IMG/VR virus record: IMGVR_UViG_3300025132_000021
Location: 96,343 to 160,342 of that record
DNA length: 64,000 bases
Strand: one strand, 5' to 3'
From: a virus
Shown: positions 48,103 to 58,026 of the stretch, one piece after another
Layout of the letters: every line of letters starts with the position of its first letter
How positions within the stretch are numbered: position 1 is the first letter of the stretch
Made by a program: the position numbers and the translations under genes
Notes under the pieces: model-generated
What the model saw: the letters and a program-made list of their open reading frames with translations, nothing else
What the model was told of the DNA's origin: nothing
Database searches by the model: none

Positions 48103-48258
48103 TCACCACTTACCTAATGGGCAAGATTCAGAACTTTTCTGCGCCTTAAGTCTTAGAATACAACCACACAGCCGACAATAACTACCTGTAAGTTTCTTCG
48201 CCATTTCGGGACACTCCCTACAAATCTCCATTCGCTTGGTGAACTCTTTAACTCCCAT
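48103..48258 (-). CDS. 51-aa Cys-rich protein (RMEICRECP..CRLCGC..K..CPLGKW), not in ORF track
   Basis: TTTAAGTA at 48288 (-30); Cys pattern common in small viral proteins. Confidence 0.75.
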   Translation of the reverse strand: MGVKEFTKRMEICRECPEMAKKLTGSYCRLCGCILRLKAQKSSESCPLGKW

Positions 48259-48289
48259 ACTATCACATTAGGTTATCTCTTACTTAAAC

Positions 48290-48892
48290 TTAGAGTCCAA
48301 ACAGGTTTCGCAACGATTCCGTCGTTTTCCAATTTAGTAGCGATTCAAAGTTTGACAAACTAAACTCTAAAAATATAGGTAAATTAGATTTTGTGCCAGC
48401 AGTTCCTACGATAACCTCATTGATGAACTTACTCCAAGGTGTATAACTCCAGTCATCATCAGTATCAAACCACGACCCACCGACCACCTTAAAATCTTTA
48501 GGTAATTCTTCAATAGGTTTCTCTCCTGAAAGTTGCTCAATTTCAGTAAAACCTACTTGTAATAAATCTCCTACCTTCCATTCGGCTTGATTACTCAATG
48601 TGGCTAATCCTTTGAAGTTAGTCAAACACAAAGGCGTTCCTTCTAACACAATGTATGCTTGACCAGTGCGAGTCATAATAACTCCATTTCCCTCTACCCA
48701 CGCTTCCAGACAATCTACAAAGTAAGGATTTTCACTTACCCACGCATTAAAATCTTCGGCATCGGCTGTGCTATCGTGGAGTCCCTCTGTGAACCAAGCC
48801 TCGTGAGCATCACCAAACTTTTCCCAAGCAGCCGTAGTTGGGTCGCCTTTGTATTTCAAATAAAAATCTGCTACATCTTGAAAAGTTACCAT
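48290..48892 (-). CDS. hypothetical protein with LNW C-terminal tag
   Basis: ends LLNWKTTESLRNLFGL. Confidence 0.7.
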   Translation of the reverse strand: MVTFQDVADFYLKYKGDPTTAAWEKFGDAHEAWFTEGLHDSTADAEDFNAWVSENPYFVDCLEAWVEGNGVIMTRTGQAYIVLEGTPLCLTNFKGLATLSNQAEWKVGDLLQVGFTEIEQLSGEKPIEELPKDFKVVGGSWFDTDDDWSYTPWSKFINEVIVGTAGTKSNLPIFLEFSLSNFESLLNWKTTESLRNLFGL

Positions 48893-48896
48893 CTTA

Positions 48897-49181
48897 TCAC
48901 CTGCGGTCGTTTTGTAATTGTTTCTTTAGTCCCGGAATGTTCCAAAAGTTTGCTACTTGGTCGGCAGTTATTTCGTCTGAAACAGGCGACTTTGGTGCGC
49001 CCATGTTTTTATTTCCTGCAACTTTTTGTTGGCCTCGTCCTGCATTGGCTTGTTCTTGCATATCTCTAACTATATCTTCCGCAGTAAGTGGAGGAGGTGG
49101 AGTTACCGTAGAACTCAAAAGTTTGTTTCTTTCTGCTGCAATTGCTTTCAAAATATCTTCTTGACTTGTCATTTTAATCAC
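48897..49181 (-). CDS. hypothetical protein
   Basis: ORF track. Confidence 0.55.
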   Translation of the reverse strand: MIKMTSQEDILKAIAAERNKLLSSTVTPPPPLTAEDIVRDMQEQANAGRGQQKVAGNKNMGAPKSPVSDEITADQVANFWNIPGLKKQLQNDRR

Positions 49182-49783
49182 CTTAATAAAAACTCTATGT
49201 TAGCATTAGACCAGTTCAAAGTTTTTCTCATTATCTCTTCTTGACTCATAGTTGTTTTCCAAACATTTAATCCAGTAGAGCAATTTGCCCAGACCACAGC
49301 AATATCGTCTTGTAGTTCGCCAGACCAATCATCGCCCCAATCTAACATTTGAGCGCAAACTTTTTCATCCATTTGGACTAAGTTTTTCCCAAACCAATTA
49401 CAAGTTTGTGTTTTTACTACATTGTTAGACTGTGTGAAATTACCAGTTATCAGCCAAGAAGAACTTTCCCACCTTTTTTGTTTTGTATCATACCCAATAT
49501 ACCACCAAACATAGGGGAAAACGCTATCAGAATCTTTAGACCACATTAGTAGTATTCCATTACCCCTGCCAATCCAAGGGAAATAAGTATTCAGCCACAA
49601 CTGTTCAAACTCCGTCCAAGTCTGAGGAGGCTCATTATCTACATCCCATCTTTCTACCAATTCCATATTCACTTGGTCAGAGAAGGCCATAGTTTTAAGC
49701 ATAGTTGAATCTATATCATCGTCGCCATTTATTTCGTTAAGAAATACCTGAATATCAATAGGATTCATAGTAACAGTAATCAT
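49178..49783 (-). CDS. Trp-rich hypothetical protein with LNW C-terminal tag
   Basis: ends TLNWSNANIEFLLR. Confidence 0.7.
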   Translation of the reverse strand: MITVTMNPIDIQVFLNEINGDDDIDSTMLKTMAFSDQVNMELVERWDVDNEPPQTWTEFEQLWLNTYFPWIGRGNGILLMWSKDSDSVFPYVWWYIGYDTKQKRWESSSWLITGNFTQSNNVVKTQTCNWFGKNLVQMDEKVCAQMLDWGDDWSGELQDDIAVVWANCSTGLNVWKTTMSQEEIMRKTLNWSNANIEFLLR

Positions 49784-49799
49784 TAAGTGTCTTTGATAC

Positions 49800-50753
49800 T
49801 TAAAGATTCCACATAGGCATTCCTCTTTGCCACACTTCAGTAGCAGGGTGAATCCCCATTTCAGGAAAATCTGGACGCTCGTATTCGTTTTTGGTTGTCC
49901 ATGGGTGAATAGTAGTTATGATTTCCCAAAGACTTACTTCAAAGTTTTCTTCTACCAGATTTTCTAAGGCTGTTCTTTCTTCTGCATCTAAAGGCCAAAC
50001 CACTTGTCCAGTTTTTGGATGAATACTATATGGACAACGAATCACACCTTGTCTTTGAATCGGTGCTAAGTCTAAGTAGTTAATAGGAGTTGAGGCTGCT
50101 TCTTCATAAATAGTTTCAGTAACCGTGCGATAAAGTTTTGCTTGGTAGCGCAAAGGGTCATTCTGCGTCGCAAAGGTTTTCTTCCAATGAGGACTAATTT
50201 TAGAAACCAAACTTTCGGCTTCTTCAGCGTGCAACCAAACATGGAAACCTTTGGAACCTGAAAACACAATTTGTGGGTTGAGACCGTGTTTAGATTCCAA
50301 AAACTTTGCGATGTCATTAGCCACGCCGAAAGCAGCACCCGGATGATTAGGATAATCTACATCCCAAACTAAATCTTTTCCCTGATAAATTGTCTCAAAG
50401 TTTATTTGTAGTTCCTTACAGCCTTCTCGTGTCAAGGTTTTCTTCCAAAAGTTCCTAAAATCTTTCATAGCATCTTTGTTAAAACCTGAAACGCCTCGCA
50501 CTCGCAACGGAGGAGGTAATCTTAACATTGTCCACTCTACACGATTTGTTCCCACGAACAAACTTATTCTACGCTCTGGGTGTCCCACAAGTTTCAAAGT
50601 TTTGCCCACCGAATCTGATTTGTGAAATCTTTGCTGTCTGAAACCAAAATCTTCTGCACGGTCGTCGGAACGATGAATCGTAAGTTTTACTTCTCTGGGT
50701 CTGGCAAAGTTGGCAATTGCCCCTTGAACTGCTTGTGTATCTAACCAACCCAT
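49800..50753 (-). CDS. archaeo-eukaryotic primase catalytic subunit (PriS-like)
   Basis: DLVWDVD, VFSGSKGFHVW, D..IRCPYSIHPKTG; TTTATGTA at 50783 (-30). Confidence 0.85.
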   Translation of the reverse strand: MGWLDTQAVQGAIANFARPREVKLTIHRSDDRAEDFGFRQQRFHKSDSVGKTLKLVGHPERRISLFVGTNRVEWTMLRLPPPLRVRGVSGFNKDAMKDFRNFWKKTLTREGCKELQINFETIYQGKDLVWDVDYPNHPGAAFGVANDIAKFLESKHGLNPQIVFSGSKGFHVWLHAEEAESLVSKISPHWKKTFATQNDPLRYQAKLYRTVTETIYEEAASTPINYLDLAPIQRQGVIRCPYSIHPKTGQVVWPLDAEERTALENLVEENFEVSLWEIITTIHPWTTKNEYERPDFPEMGIHPATEVWQRGMPMWNL

Positions 50754-50814
50754 AGTATCTTATCAGCGTATCACTTACATAAACATTAAGTATCAGGGTC
50801 TATTTATGATAACT

Positions 50815-51339
50815 ATGATTCCTTATGTCCAATCAAAGAAAGAGTTGATTCCTACTTTGAAGGCATGGCATCTCTTATCTTATGTGGCACTTTGGCCTGA
50901 AACTTCCAACCCAACTATTCAACACAACATTGATGAAATACCTTACTCTGTTTATGCAGACACAGATGGTTTTATGGCTTTTTACGAGGCTGCAAAAGAA
51001 GGAGAACCTACTTCCGACAATGTTTGGTCAGTCGTAGATACCGAAAATAAAATTACGGTTTGGTTCATTCCCACACTGGGAGAATCAACTATGATAGGAC
51101 CACTAAGATACAGTTATCTTTCTGGAACTAAAACTTTGAGTTATCAGCATTATATTACAGATTCAGATTTACAAGAAGGTGCAGAATTGTTTCAAGTAGA
51201 ATTAGATACTACCATGTTTCTATATGACAATGGTGAGAAATTACCAAAATGGTCTTTTTATCGTTTTGAACCTCATGGCATTTACCTACCATTCAAAGTT
51301 CTAAATTGGAGGGAGTTCCCAGATGAAATACTTTACTAA
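50815..51339 (+). CDS. hypothetical protein with LNW C-terminal tag
   Basis: ATTAAGTA at 50785 (-30); ends KVLNWREFPDEILY. Confidence 0.7.
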   Translation: MIPYVQSKKELIPTLKAWHLLSYVALWPETSNPTIQHNIDEIPYSVYADTDGFMAFYEAAKEGEPTSDNVWSVVDTENKITVWFIPTLGESTMIGPLRYSYLSGTKTLSYQHYITDSDLQEGAELFQVELDTTMFLYDNGEKLPKWSFYRFEPHGIYLPFKVLNWREFPDEILY

Positions 51340-51559
51340 TTGTTCTCAATGTGGACAAGAACTTGATGAAACTGTATCAGCCACTTTATATCAAGAAATG
51401 ATGTCTGATAAAAAACTCGGAAAGTGGTGGCGAGCCAACCTATGTATTCCTTGTAATATCACCAAATCTACTGAAATGCTAAAATTAGAACAGCAACTTA
51501 ACCAAGTTTTTGGCTGGCAGTGTTTGAATTGGGAGAAGTTTCCTCACGAATTGCTTTAA
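51323..51559 (+). CDS. small Zn-finger protein with LNW C-terminal tag
   Basis: CSQC..CIPC; ends CLNWEKFPHELL. Confidence 0.65.
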   Translation: MKYFTNCSQCGQELDETVSATLYQEMMSDKKLGKWWRANLCIPCNITKSTEMLKLEQQLNQVFGWQCLNWEKFPHELL

Positions 51560-51872
51560 CTTCAGAATACTTGCGTCCAAACCTTTCTTCGTAAGCGGTT
51601 TCGCAGGCTTCACAAACTGGTAAAGTTTGAGCGAACTCATCACTTAAACATCGTTCAGGCCACCACCCTTTTTCTGCATCACAAAGATAAGGTTTATCCC
51701 ACCCGCTAATATGTATTACCGTCGGTGTCTCTAAAGTTTTTTGATGTTCTGCCCAGCGTCGGTCTTCTTCTTTCAAAGGACAGTTGCGAGCCGTGTGTCC
51801 TGCATCTCCACAAAGTCCACATTTGCGTTTAGTTCCCAATTTCTTCACCCCAAGTTGATTGTTCATGTCCAC
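51498..51872 (-). CDS. CCHC zinc-knuckle protein
   Basis: RKCGLCGDAGHTARNCP. Confidence 0.6.
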   Translation of the reverse strand: MDMNNQLGVKKLGTKRKCGLCGDAGHTARNCPLKEEDRRWAEHQKTLETPTVIHISGWDKPYLCDAEKGWWPERCLSDEFAQTLPVCEACETAYEERFGRKYSEVKAIREETSPNSNTASQKLG

Positions 51873-52191
51873 ACTCTTGACAAGTTAAAGTTTTTTCAGA
51901 AGTTAGTCGCAAGGAATGTGGGTCTTGACACTCCTCACAAACAGTGGCTAAACTTTTCTGCCGATGTAAGTAGTATTCTTTGAGAGTCATTCCACCAGTT
52001 CCGGGAACTCTGGAAGTCTCTGCTGTAAAACTTTTCAAGTAAAAATCCTCTAATGTTGGCTTGCGTCGCTGTGCTATTCGTCCAGTCAAAGTTTCTACCA
52101 ACCAGCCACATAGATACATAGTTCCAAATAACAATGTCATTAGGATTATCTCATTCCAAAACATAGTTATTCCTTCTTCGCAATATCCCAT
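51829..52191 (-). CDS. membrane-anchored Zn-ribbon protein
   Basis: TM; CEEC..CQECG. Confidence 0.55.
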   Translation of the reverse strand: MGYCEEGITMFWNEIILMTLLFGTMYLCGWLVETLTGRIAQRRKPTLEDFYLKSFTAETSRVPGTGGMTLKEYYLHRQKSLATVCEECQDPHSLRLTSEKTLTCQECGHEQSTWGEEIGN

Positions 52192-52274
52192 TCTTCGTAA
52201 ATGTATTCTTCAGTTTCAATTCTAATCTTTAGTGTATCCATTATTTCACCCTCGTTGTTTCTCATATAAAAACT

Positions 52275-53126
52275 TTACTCCATATAAGTAAAAATATGGG
52301 CTACCACATCTACTGTCCAGCCGTTGCCAATCATCTTATATCTTTCATACTTGCTCACACCTTCAGTATAATTTTCAGGTAAAGTTTGTAATCGTTCTGC
52401 TTCTACTGGACTCAAAGCCTCAATCTTGTCTTTGTGATAGTCTCCAAAGTTGTGAGGTAAAACTTTCGCTGGCCTACCATCGCCATTGACTCCTTTTGAA
52501 TAACTTGCAGTAATACAATTAAACTTATCAGTTGCCGTGCGAACAATCTGCCGAGGTTTTCCACCAGAAGGTTTTCTGGTTGTCGCAATCTCGTATCTGG
52601 GGTCGTCTAACAAAGACTTGCCTGTAATTCCTTTGTCAGCAGGTTGCTCAACATTCGGAATGTTAGTCCAATATAACCTTAATCGGTTTTGACCCGATAC
52701 TAAAGCCGAGTTAATTTTAATCGGCTCGCAACCCAGCAACTTACTAATCTCTTCTTCTACGGCTTTTGCCATTTTGACATTCTCCAGCATCCAGTATTTT
52801 GGTTTAATTTCTTTTAGCAATCTAACAAAGTCAAAAAACAACTTGCTGCGTTCATCATCAAAGTTTAGTTTCTTACCAATCATGCTAAAACCCTGACAAG
52901 GACTTCCACCAATCAATAAATCTATATCATCTGGTAAATCTTTGGATTCAAGTTTGGTAATGTCTCCAAGTTGAATAGTGTTAGGATAATTCTTTTGAGC
53001 AATTTGCATGGCGGGTTCATCAATTTCACTTGCATAATAAGTTTCGTATTCTATACCAGCACGCTCAAGGGCAATTTGCCCACAACTCATACCATCAAAA
53101 GTTCCTAATACACCTCGTAATTTCAT
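52275..53126 (-). CDS. DNA (cytosine-5) methyltransferase 1
   Basis: FDGMSCG, GGSPCQGFS, ENV, QNRLR, ERLQ, GNGW. Confidence 0.95.
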   Translation of the reverse strand: MKLRGVLGTFDGMSCGQIALERAGIEYETYYASEIDEPAMQIAQKNYPNTIQLGDITKLESKDLPDDIDLLIGGSPCQGFSMIGKKLNFDDERSKLFFDFVRLLKEIKPKYWMLENVKMAKAVEEEISKLLGCEPIKINSALVSGQNRLRLYWTNIPNVEQPADKGITGKSLLDDPRYEIATTRKPSGGKPRQIVRTATDKFNCITASYSKGVNGDGRPAKVLPHNFGDYHKDKIEALSPVEAERLQTLPENYTEGVSKYERYKMIGNGWTVDVVAHIFTYME

Positions 53127-53128
53127 TT

Positions 53129-54019
53129 CTATTCCTCCATATAACTAAAGATGTGAGCAATAACTTTTACCGTCCAACCATTTCCAACAGCACGGCGACG
53201 CTGCGTAGGTGCAATTCCTTCTGTGTAATTATCTGGTAAAGTTTGTAGTCTTTCGGCCTCAACATTAGTCAAGTTTCGCCAATCGTCTGCATGAACGCCA
53301 TAAGCATCGGGATAACGACCGTGAGGTAAGCGACAAATTACTACATCTTTACTTACCGTTGTCAAACATTGAGTTTTATCTGGATTCTTTTTTACTTGGA
53401 TACATTGAGTAATAGGTAAAGTTTTATCGTAGTCTTTCCGAACTCCTGCGGAGTTCAATCTTCGCCCGACGATGTGAGCAGAACTCCAGTCTTTATCTGT
53501 TTCCAGAATCTCGGAAAGTTTTACACCGAGGTCATCTGGTTGTTCCACTCCGGGAATGTTGGTCCAGTAAAGTCTCTTACGCATTTGTGCTGAAACTTTT
53601 TGGGAATCAATAAAGATGGGTTCAACTCCGAGTTCTGCTGTAATGGCATCTTGAATATCTTGTTGCATTAAAACATTTTCCAACAGCCAATACTTGGGTT
53701 TGTAATGTCTAATAATATCTAAGAACTCAAAGAAAAGTTTGCTACGGTCATCATCAAAGTTCAATCTTTTACCTGCTACCGAAAAACCTTGACAGGGACT
53801 ACCACCTATAATCAAATCTATATTTTCTAAATCCCAAGTTTTCCAATCCGTGATATTTCCAAGTTGAATAGTGTTGGGATAATTCTTTTGAGTAATCTTA
53901 ATGCAATTTTTATCAATCTCGCTGGCGTAATACTTTTCGTATTCTACTCCTGCTTCGGCCAAAGCCACTTGTCCACAACTTATTCCATCAAACAATCCTA
54001 AAGCATTTCTAATTTTCAT
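53129..54019 (-). CDS. DNA (cytosine-5) methyltransferase 2
   Basis: same motifs; ATGA overlap with the upstream paralogue. Confidence 0.95.
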   Translation of the reverse strand: MKIRNALGLFDGISCGQVALAEAGVEYEKYYASEIDKNCIKITQKNYPNTIQLGNITDWKTWDLENIDLIIGGSPCQGFSVAGKRLNFDDDRSKLFFEFLDIIRHYKPKYWLLENVLMQQDIQDAITAELGVEPIFIDSQKVSAQMRKRLYWTNIPGVEQPDDLGVKLSEILETDKDWSSAHIVGRRLNSAGVRKDYDKTLPITQCIQVKKNPDKTQCLTTVSKDVVICRLPHGRYPDAYGVHADDWRNLTNVEAERLQTLPDNYTEGIAPTQRRRAVGNGWTVKVIAHIFSYMEE

Positions 54020-54915
54020 TTGTATTCCTCCATAAATCCAAAGATATGGGCTATCACATCTACTGTCCAACCATTACCTATGGCTTTGTATCTTTGAGTA
54101 TTACTTAGATTATCAGTATAGCCATCAGGCAAAGTTTGTAATCTTTCACATTCCAGAGGTGTAAGTTTTCTCCAAGTGGTTTCACTCGTAGAAACCTTTG
54201 ATTCACGATTTCCACCCATGCTGGTTGTTAAGGTCGGAGATTTCCCATCGGGGTGATAAACTCTTTTCAAAGATTGAATACCATTTAAGTTTGCAGTTCC
54301 AATATGACACAGCCCTCTGGGAGAAAGTTTTCCTTCTTTATCTTTGAAGTATTCTTCCAAGTCACCTCCTCTGATTTCGGCTTCAGGTAAAGTTTCCAAA
54401 ATATCTTTGAGATAAATCCCTTTGTCATCAGGTAAAGTTTCAATAGGAATGTTAGTCCAATACAACCTGTCCCTACTTTGTGCCGAGACCAAACCTGAAT
54501 TGATTAGCACAGGCTCTACACCAAGTTCGGCACTTATCGCATCTTGAACATCTTTCTTCATTTTGACATTTTCTAACAACCAGTATTTTGGTTGATAATG
54601 TTTAATGATTTCAACAAACACAAAGAATAACTTGCTACGCTCGTCATCAAAGTTCAATCTTTGACCCGCCATTGAAAATCCTTGACACGGACTTCCCCCG
54701 ATAATCAAATCTATATCTTCTAAATCCCACGATTTCCAGTCATTTATGTTTCCTAATTGTATAGTATTAGGAAAGTTCTTTTGTGTTGCACTTATTGGGT
54801 ATTTGTCAATTTCGCTGGCATAGTATTTGTTAAACTTAACACCTGCTCGGTGTAGGGCTAATTGCCCACAACTGATGCCGTCAAATAATCCCAGTGCATT
54901 GTTAATCTGTATCAT
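54016..54915 (-). CDS. DNA (cytosine-5) methyltransferase 3
   Basis: same motifs; start approximate. Confidence 0.95.
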   Translation of the reverse strand: MIQINNALGLFDGISCGQLALHRAGVKFNKYYASEIDKYPISATQKNFPNTIQLGNINDWKSWDLEDIDLIIGGSPCQGFSMAGQRLNFDDERSKLFFVFVEIIKHYQPKYWLLENVKMKKDVQDAISAELGVEPVLINSGLVSAQSRDRLYWTNIPIETLPDDKGIYLKDILETLPEAEIRGGDLEEYFKDKEGKLSPRGLCHIGTANLNGIQSLKRVYHPDGKSPTLTTSMGGNRESKVSTSETTWRKLTPLECERLQTLPDGYTDNLSNTQRYKAIGNGWTVDVIAHIFGFMEEYK

Positions 54916-55017
54916 CGGCATCAGCCTCAACTTCAACCAATTCCTTAGAAATTAGTGTCTTTGTGCCATCTGCGTTCTTTCTCATCTTAACTCGCCACAT
55001 CTTTTCGCTCATGTCAA

Positions 55018-55356
55018 TCACTCCAAAGCCAAATAAGGGTTTGATGCTTTCATTTCATCCATCTGTGCCTTCAAGCGGTCATACTTTGCTTGTTGGGCTT
55101 CATCAATTTGTTGCTTGGCACATTCCAACACATCAGCAACGGTGTTGTCTTCATGGTCAATCTCAACCACGATATAACGCTTCATATCCATTTCTGCATC
55201 ATAGGAATGGCAAGAGTTTAGAATAATAGTTTGCACCAAACGGTGTGCTGGCATTACTTGTTGCCACCCACAGCCATTTAGGTATTCTTCAGCATACGCA
55301 AGTGCTTCTTCTTTTGTTTCCCAAATTGATACGATATGATTTCCACGGTAGGTCAT
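55018..55356 (-). CDS. hypothetical protein
   Basis: TTTATATG at 55386 gives start 55356 and removes the overlap with the upstream ORF. Confidence 0.65.
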   Translation of the reverse strand: MTYRGNHIVSIWETKEEALAYAEEYLNGCGWQQVMPAHRLVQTIILNSCHSYDAEMDMKRYIVVEIDHEDNTVADVLECAKQQIDEAQQAKYDRLKAQMDEMKASNPYLALE

Positions 55357-55396
55357 AATTCTACTAAGTAGAACCACCCATATAAAGTTTTGGCTC

Positions 55397-55843
55397 CTAT
55401 TGAACCCAGTCTTGTTCTTCTGCGTCCCATTCCCAGCGTTCTTTACCGTAGGTATCGTAAGCAAACAATTGTGCATACTCCCCATCACCACCATAACTGA
55501 TGGTGTAAATCCATTCCTCGCCTATATCGTGAATACCCAGAGGAATCAATTGAATACGGTTATCATCAAAAGCAGGAGATTTCCATTCACGGTGTCCTGT
55601 TGCTGGGTCACGGATATAAGTTTTCAATTGAGCAACCGCACTGGCAGCCAAACTGCCCATTCCCAAATAAGATTCTCTATCACGAATGTCTTTCATACCT
55701 ACTACTGGACCTCGCATGACAATATCTTTTAGTTCTTCACCCATAACTGTTAGGTAGCCATCAAATTGCCGATAAATCCGACAAAGTTCTTGACCTTCTT
55801 CATTCTCAACTACTGTTATACTACGAGTTCCCATACTTATCAA
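55397..55843 (-). CDS. conserved viral hypothetical protein (MGTRS...YRQFDGY type)
   Basis: N-terminal pattern familiar from small phage proteins; function unknown. Confidence 0.6.
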   Translation of the reverse strand: MISMGTRSITVVENEEGQELCRIYRQFDGYLTVMGEELKDIVMRGPVVGMKDIRDRESYLGMGSLAASAVAQLKTYIRDPATGHREWKSPAFDDNRIQLIPLGIHDIGEEWIYTISYGGDGEYAQLFAYDTYGKERWEWDAEEQDWVQ

Positions 55844-56229
55844 CTCTCAAAAATAAACATATCGCCACTTACATATTCAGTAGCCTTGTGAATGGCTCTA
55901 AGCAAATCAATAAAGTGGTCGCTCACTCCCGTAGGTATTTTTAACTCGTATTCTGCATTTCCACCATAAGGTCTTTCAATCACGAACACGGTTTCCTCGC
56001 CCATATCATAGGCAGCCAACCATTCACTTAGATATTCATGTAGCGAACCTGTGTCAAAAATAAATAATCCGGGTGCGCCCGCATCACGACCCACATAGAC
56101 TTCTGCCATTTCATCCATTTCAGGCAATCCCATAATTTCGCCAATTTCGGAAGGTTGGTCGCCAAAAACATACTTGTAGAAATGTCGTTCCGAGCCACCC
56201 TCTGATAAGTAATTCAAGTATCGTCCCAT
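55840..56229 (-). CDS. hypothetical protein
   Basis: ORF track. Confidence 0.6.
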   Translation of the reverse strand: MGRYLNYLSEGGSERHFYKYVFGDQPSEIGEIMGLPEMDEMAEVYVGRDAGAPGLFIFDTGSLHEYLSEWLAAYDMGEETVFVIERPYGGNAEYELKIPTGVSDHFIDLLRAIHKATEYVSGDMFIFES

Positions 56230-56232
56230 TTT

Positions 56233-57558
56233 TTAGTCCTCCATCTCTCTTAGTTTCTTAGCGGCTTCCATTGAGGCTCTTTGCATCTCCTCTACCGCAG
56301 GTCGTCCCAACAAGACACCTTCACGCCACAAATCAAAATCGTCAAACTCTCTGGAGGCTTGCATTAGCATACGAGCATCTGGATTCAACAAAGGCGACAT
56401 GGCTTCTGCTGAACCACACATAGAACAAATCTCGGAAACATTATCCCAACGGCTCATAGCACCGGGATACTTACCTTCGTGTTCTGCATTCGGGATTGGG
56501 CCTTCACAAATTGGACATAGATGCTTGTTCATCACTATACCGTAGGTATCGCTACTATAAGAAGTTTTCGCTTCAGCCTCCCAAGATGATTCTTTGTGTG
56601 GTGCTACATTTTGGTTATACTCCCAAGCCTTACGAGGAGTTGTTCGGGCATAAACTTTTTTCCCACCCAACATATATCTTTGGTGAGCAAGGTATCCATC
56701 AGTAAAAACATCTCCAAATAACTTTTTAGTTAATCTTCCATGAGGAATAAACCAATTGCCTTTTTGACTATAACGAGAATTGTATTGAGCAGGCTGTAAT
56801 TCCAAATACCACAAAAACGGTCGCAGTGGGTTAGGGCTAAGTTCCATATAGTCCATGATAATAGATGAATCTTTCCAATTCAAAAGTTTCATGTTAGGAA
56901 TAGTTTGAAAGTCACGGATTTCTACCAGCCGACTAACTTTTGGTGTTGTTAATTCGTTAATTTCTGTCCAAGTTAAACCAGAGCGATTATGTGTTAAGTT
57001 TTTGTGGGCAATTTCTAACAAATCAGTTATCCACGACTTTGCCATTTGCTTTCTAACCATAGTCACCACATAATAAGGTGGCTTGAATACTGACCAGTCA
57101 TAACCTGCTGTGGCATAACATTCTCTCAAGTCAATTGCTACCAACACAAAGTCTACTTTGGGTTGCACCAGAACTACAAAACTTCCAAACTTTAAGTCTT
57201 TATGCCGTCCCGTTTTAGAAAACCAAGATTTAGCAGACGATTGAGAAGGAATACTAAGGTAAGGTATTTTGTTCCATAATATGTGGGCTATCTCTTGTGG
57301 ATAAATCCTTGCATCACGGAGTTTTCTTTTGTCAAAGTATTTTTCTTCTACGATGTCTCCAAAGTATTCATAGACAGGGTAGGTTTCTGACAAAACTTTT
57401 GCTAAGTCCTGCCCACCGAATTGTAAGTCTACCTTCCAAAGTTCTGGATGTTCAGGTTCATCAAAATCTTTTAGAAAATCATACCAATCTTCGGTTTGCC
57501 AATTGCCCCAATCTTTCAGTGGGTATCCAGATTTGGCAGCCGAATCAAAACTTACCAT
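56233..57558 (-). CDS. hypothetical mosaic protein with internal LNW and C-terminal Zn-binding module
   Basis: KLLNWKD; CPIC..SRWDN..ICSMCG. Confidence 0.7.
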   Translation of the reverse strand: MVSFDSAAKSGYPLKDWGNWQTEDWYDFLKDFDEPEHPELWKVDLQFGGQDLAKVLSETYPVYEYFGDIVEEKYFDKRKLRDARIYPQEIAHILWNKIPYLSIPSQSSAKSWFSKTGRHKDLKFGSFVVLVQPKVDFVLVAIDLRECYATAGYDWSVFKPPYYVVTMVRKQMAKSWITDLLEIAHKNLTHNRSGLTWTEINELTTPKVSRLVEIRDFQTIPNMKLLNWKDSSIIMDYMELSPNPLRPFLWYLELQPAQYNSRYSQKGNWFIPHGRLTKKLFGDVFTDGYLAHQRYMLGGKKVYARTTPRKAWEYNQNVAPHKESSWEAEAKTSYSSDTYGIVMNKHLCPICEGPIPNAEHEGKYPGAMSRWDNVSEICSMCGSAEAMSPLLNPDARMLMQASREFDDFDLWREGVLLGRPAVEEMQRASMEAAKKLREMED

Positions 57559-58022
57559 TATTCCACTCCCACCAAACTTTCAATATCAGAAACTAACCAA
57601 TTAAGAATCTTATAGTCTGGGAAGTCTAATACTAAGAGTAGTTCATCAACTAACAAAGCCGTGTCTAAAAGTTCTTGCATCTCTCTCATTTCCGAAGAAG
57701 CAACTTTTTTTCCGAAGACCAACCCCACAAGGAAAGTGTGTTTTCCTTTATGTTTTCCTTTAATGGCTGTCGTGCCAGTGTTAATCAAAAGAAATTGTGA
57801 ATCTTTATCTCCAATATGATAGATTCCGGGATTATTGAAGGCAAATTGTTTATCCACCGAGAGCGTAGTCCAGTTGTTTGGTATTTGTGTGAAAAAATCT
57901 TTGTATTTATCTTCGTCGGTATTATCAATTAGATTAAGATAAAACTCATTGACTTTATCTACCAGAGCAGGTCTTGAACGACTTGGTGTTGTAATGACCT
58001 TGTAAGCCTCTGATAATTCCAT
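57558..58022 (-). CDS. hypothetical protein with LNW C-terminal tag
   Basis: ends KILNWLVSDIESLVGVE. Confidence 0.7.
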   Translation of the reverse strand: MELSEAYKVITTPSRSRPALVDKVNEFYLNLIDNTDEDKYKDFFTQIPNNWTTLSVDKQFAFNNPGIYHIGDKDSQFLLINTGTTAIKGKHKGKHTFLVGLVFGKKVASSEMREMQELLDTALLVDELLLVLDFPDYKILNWLVSDIESLVGVE

Positions 58023-58026
58023 TTGC

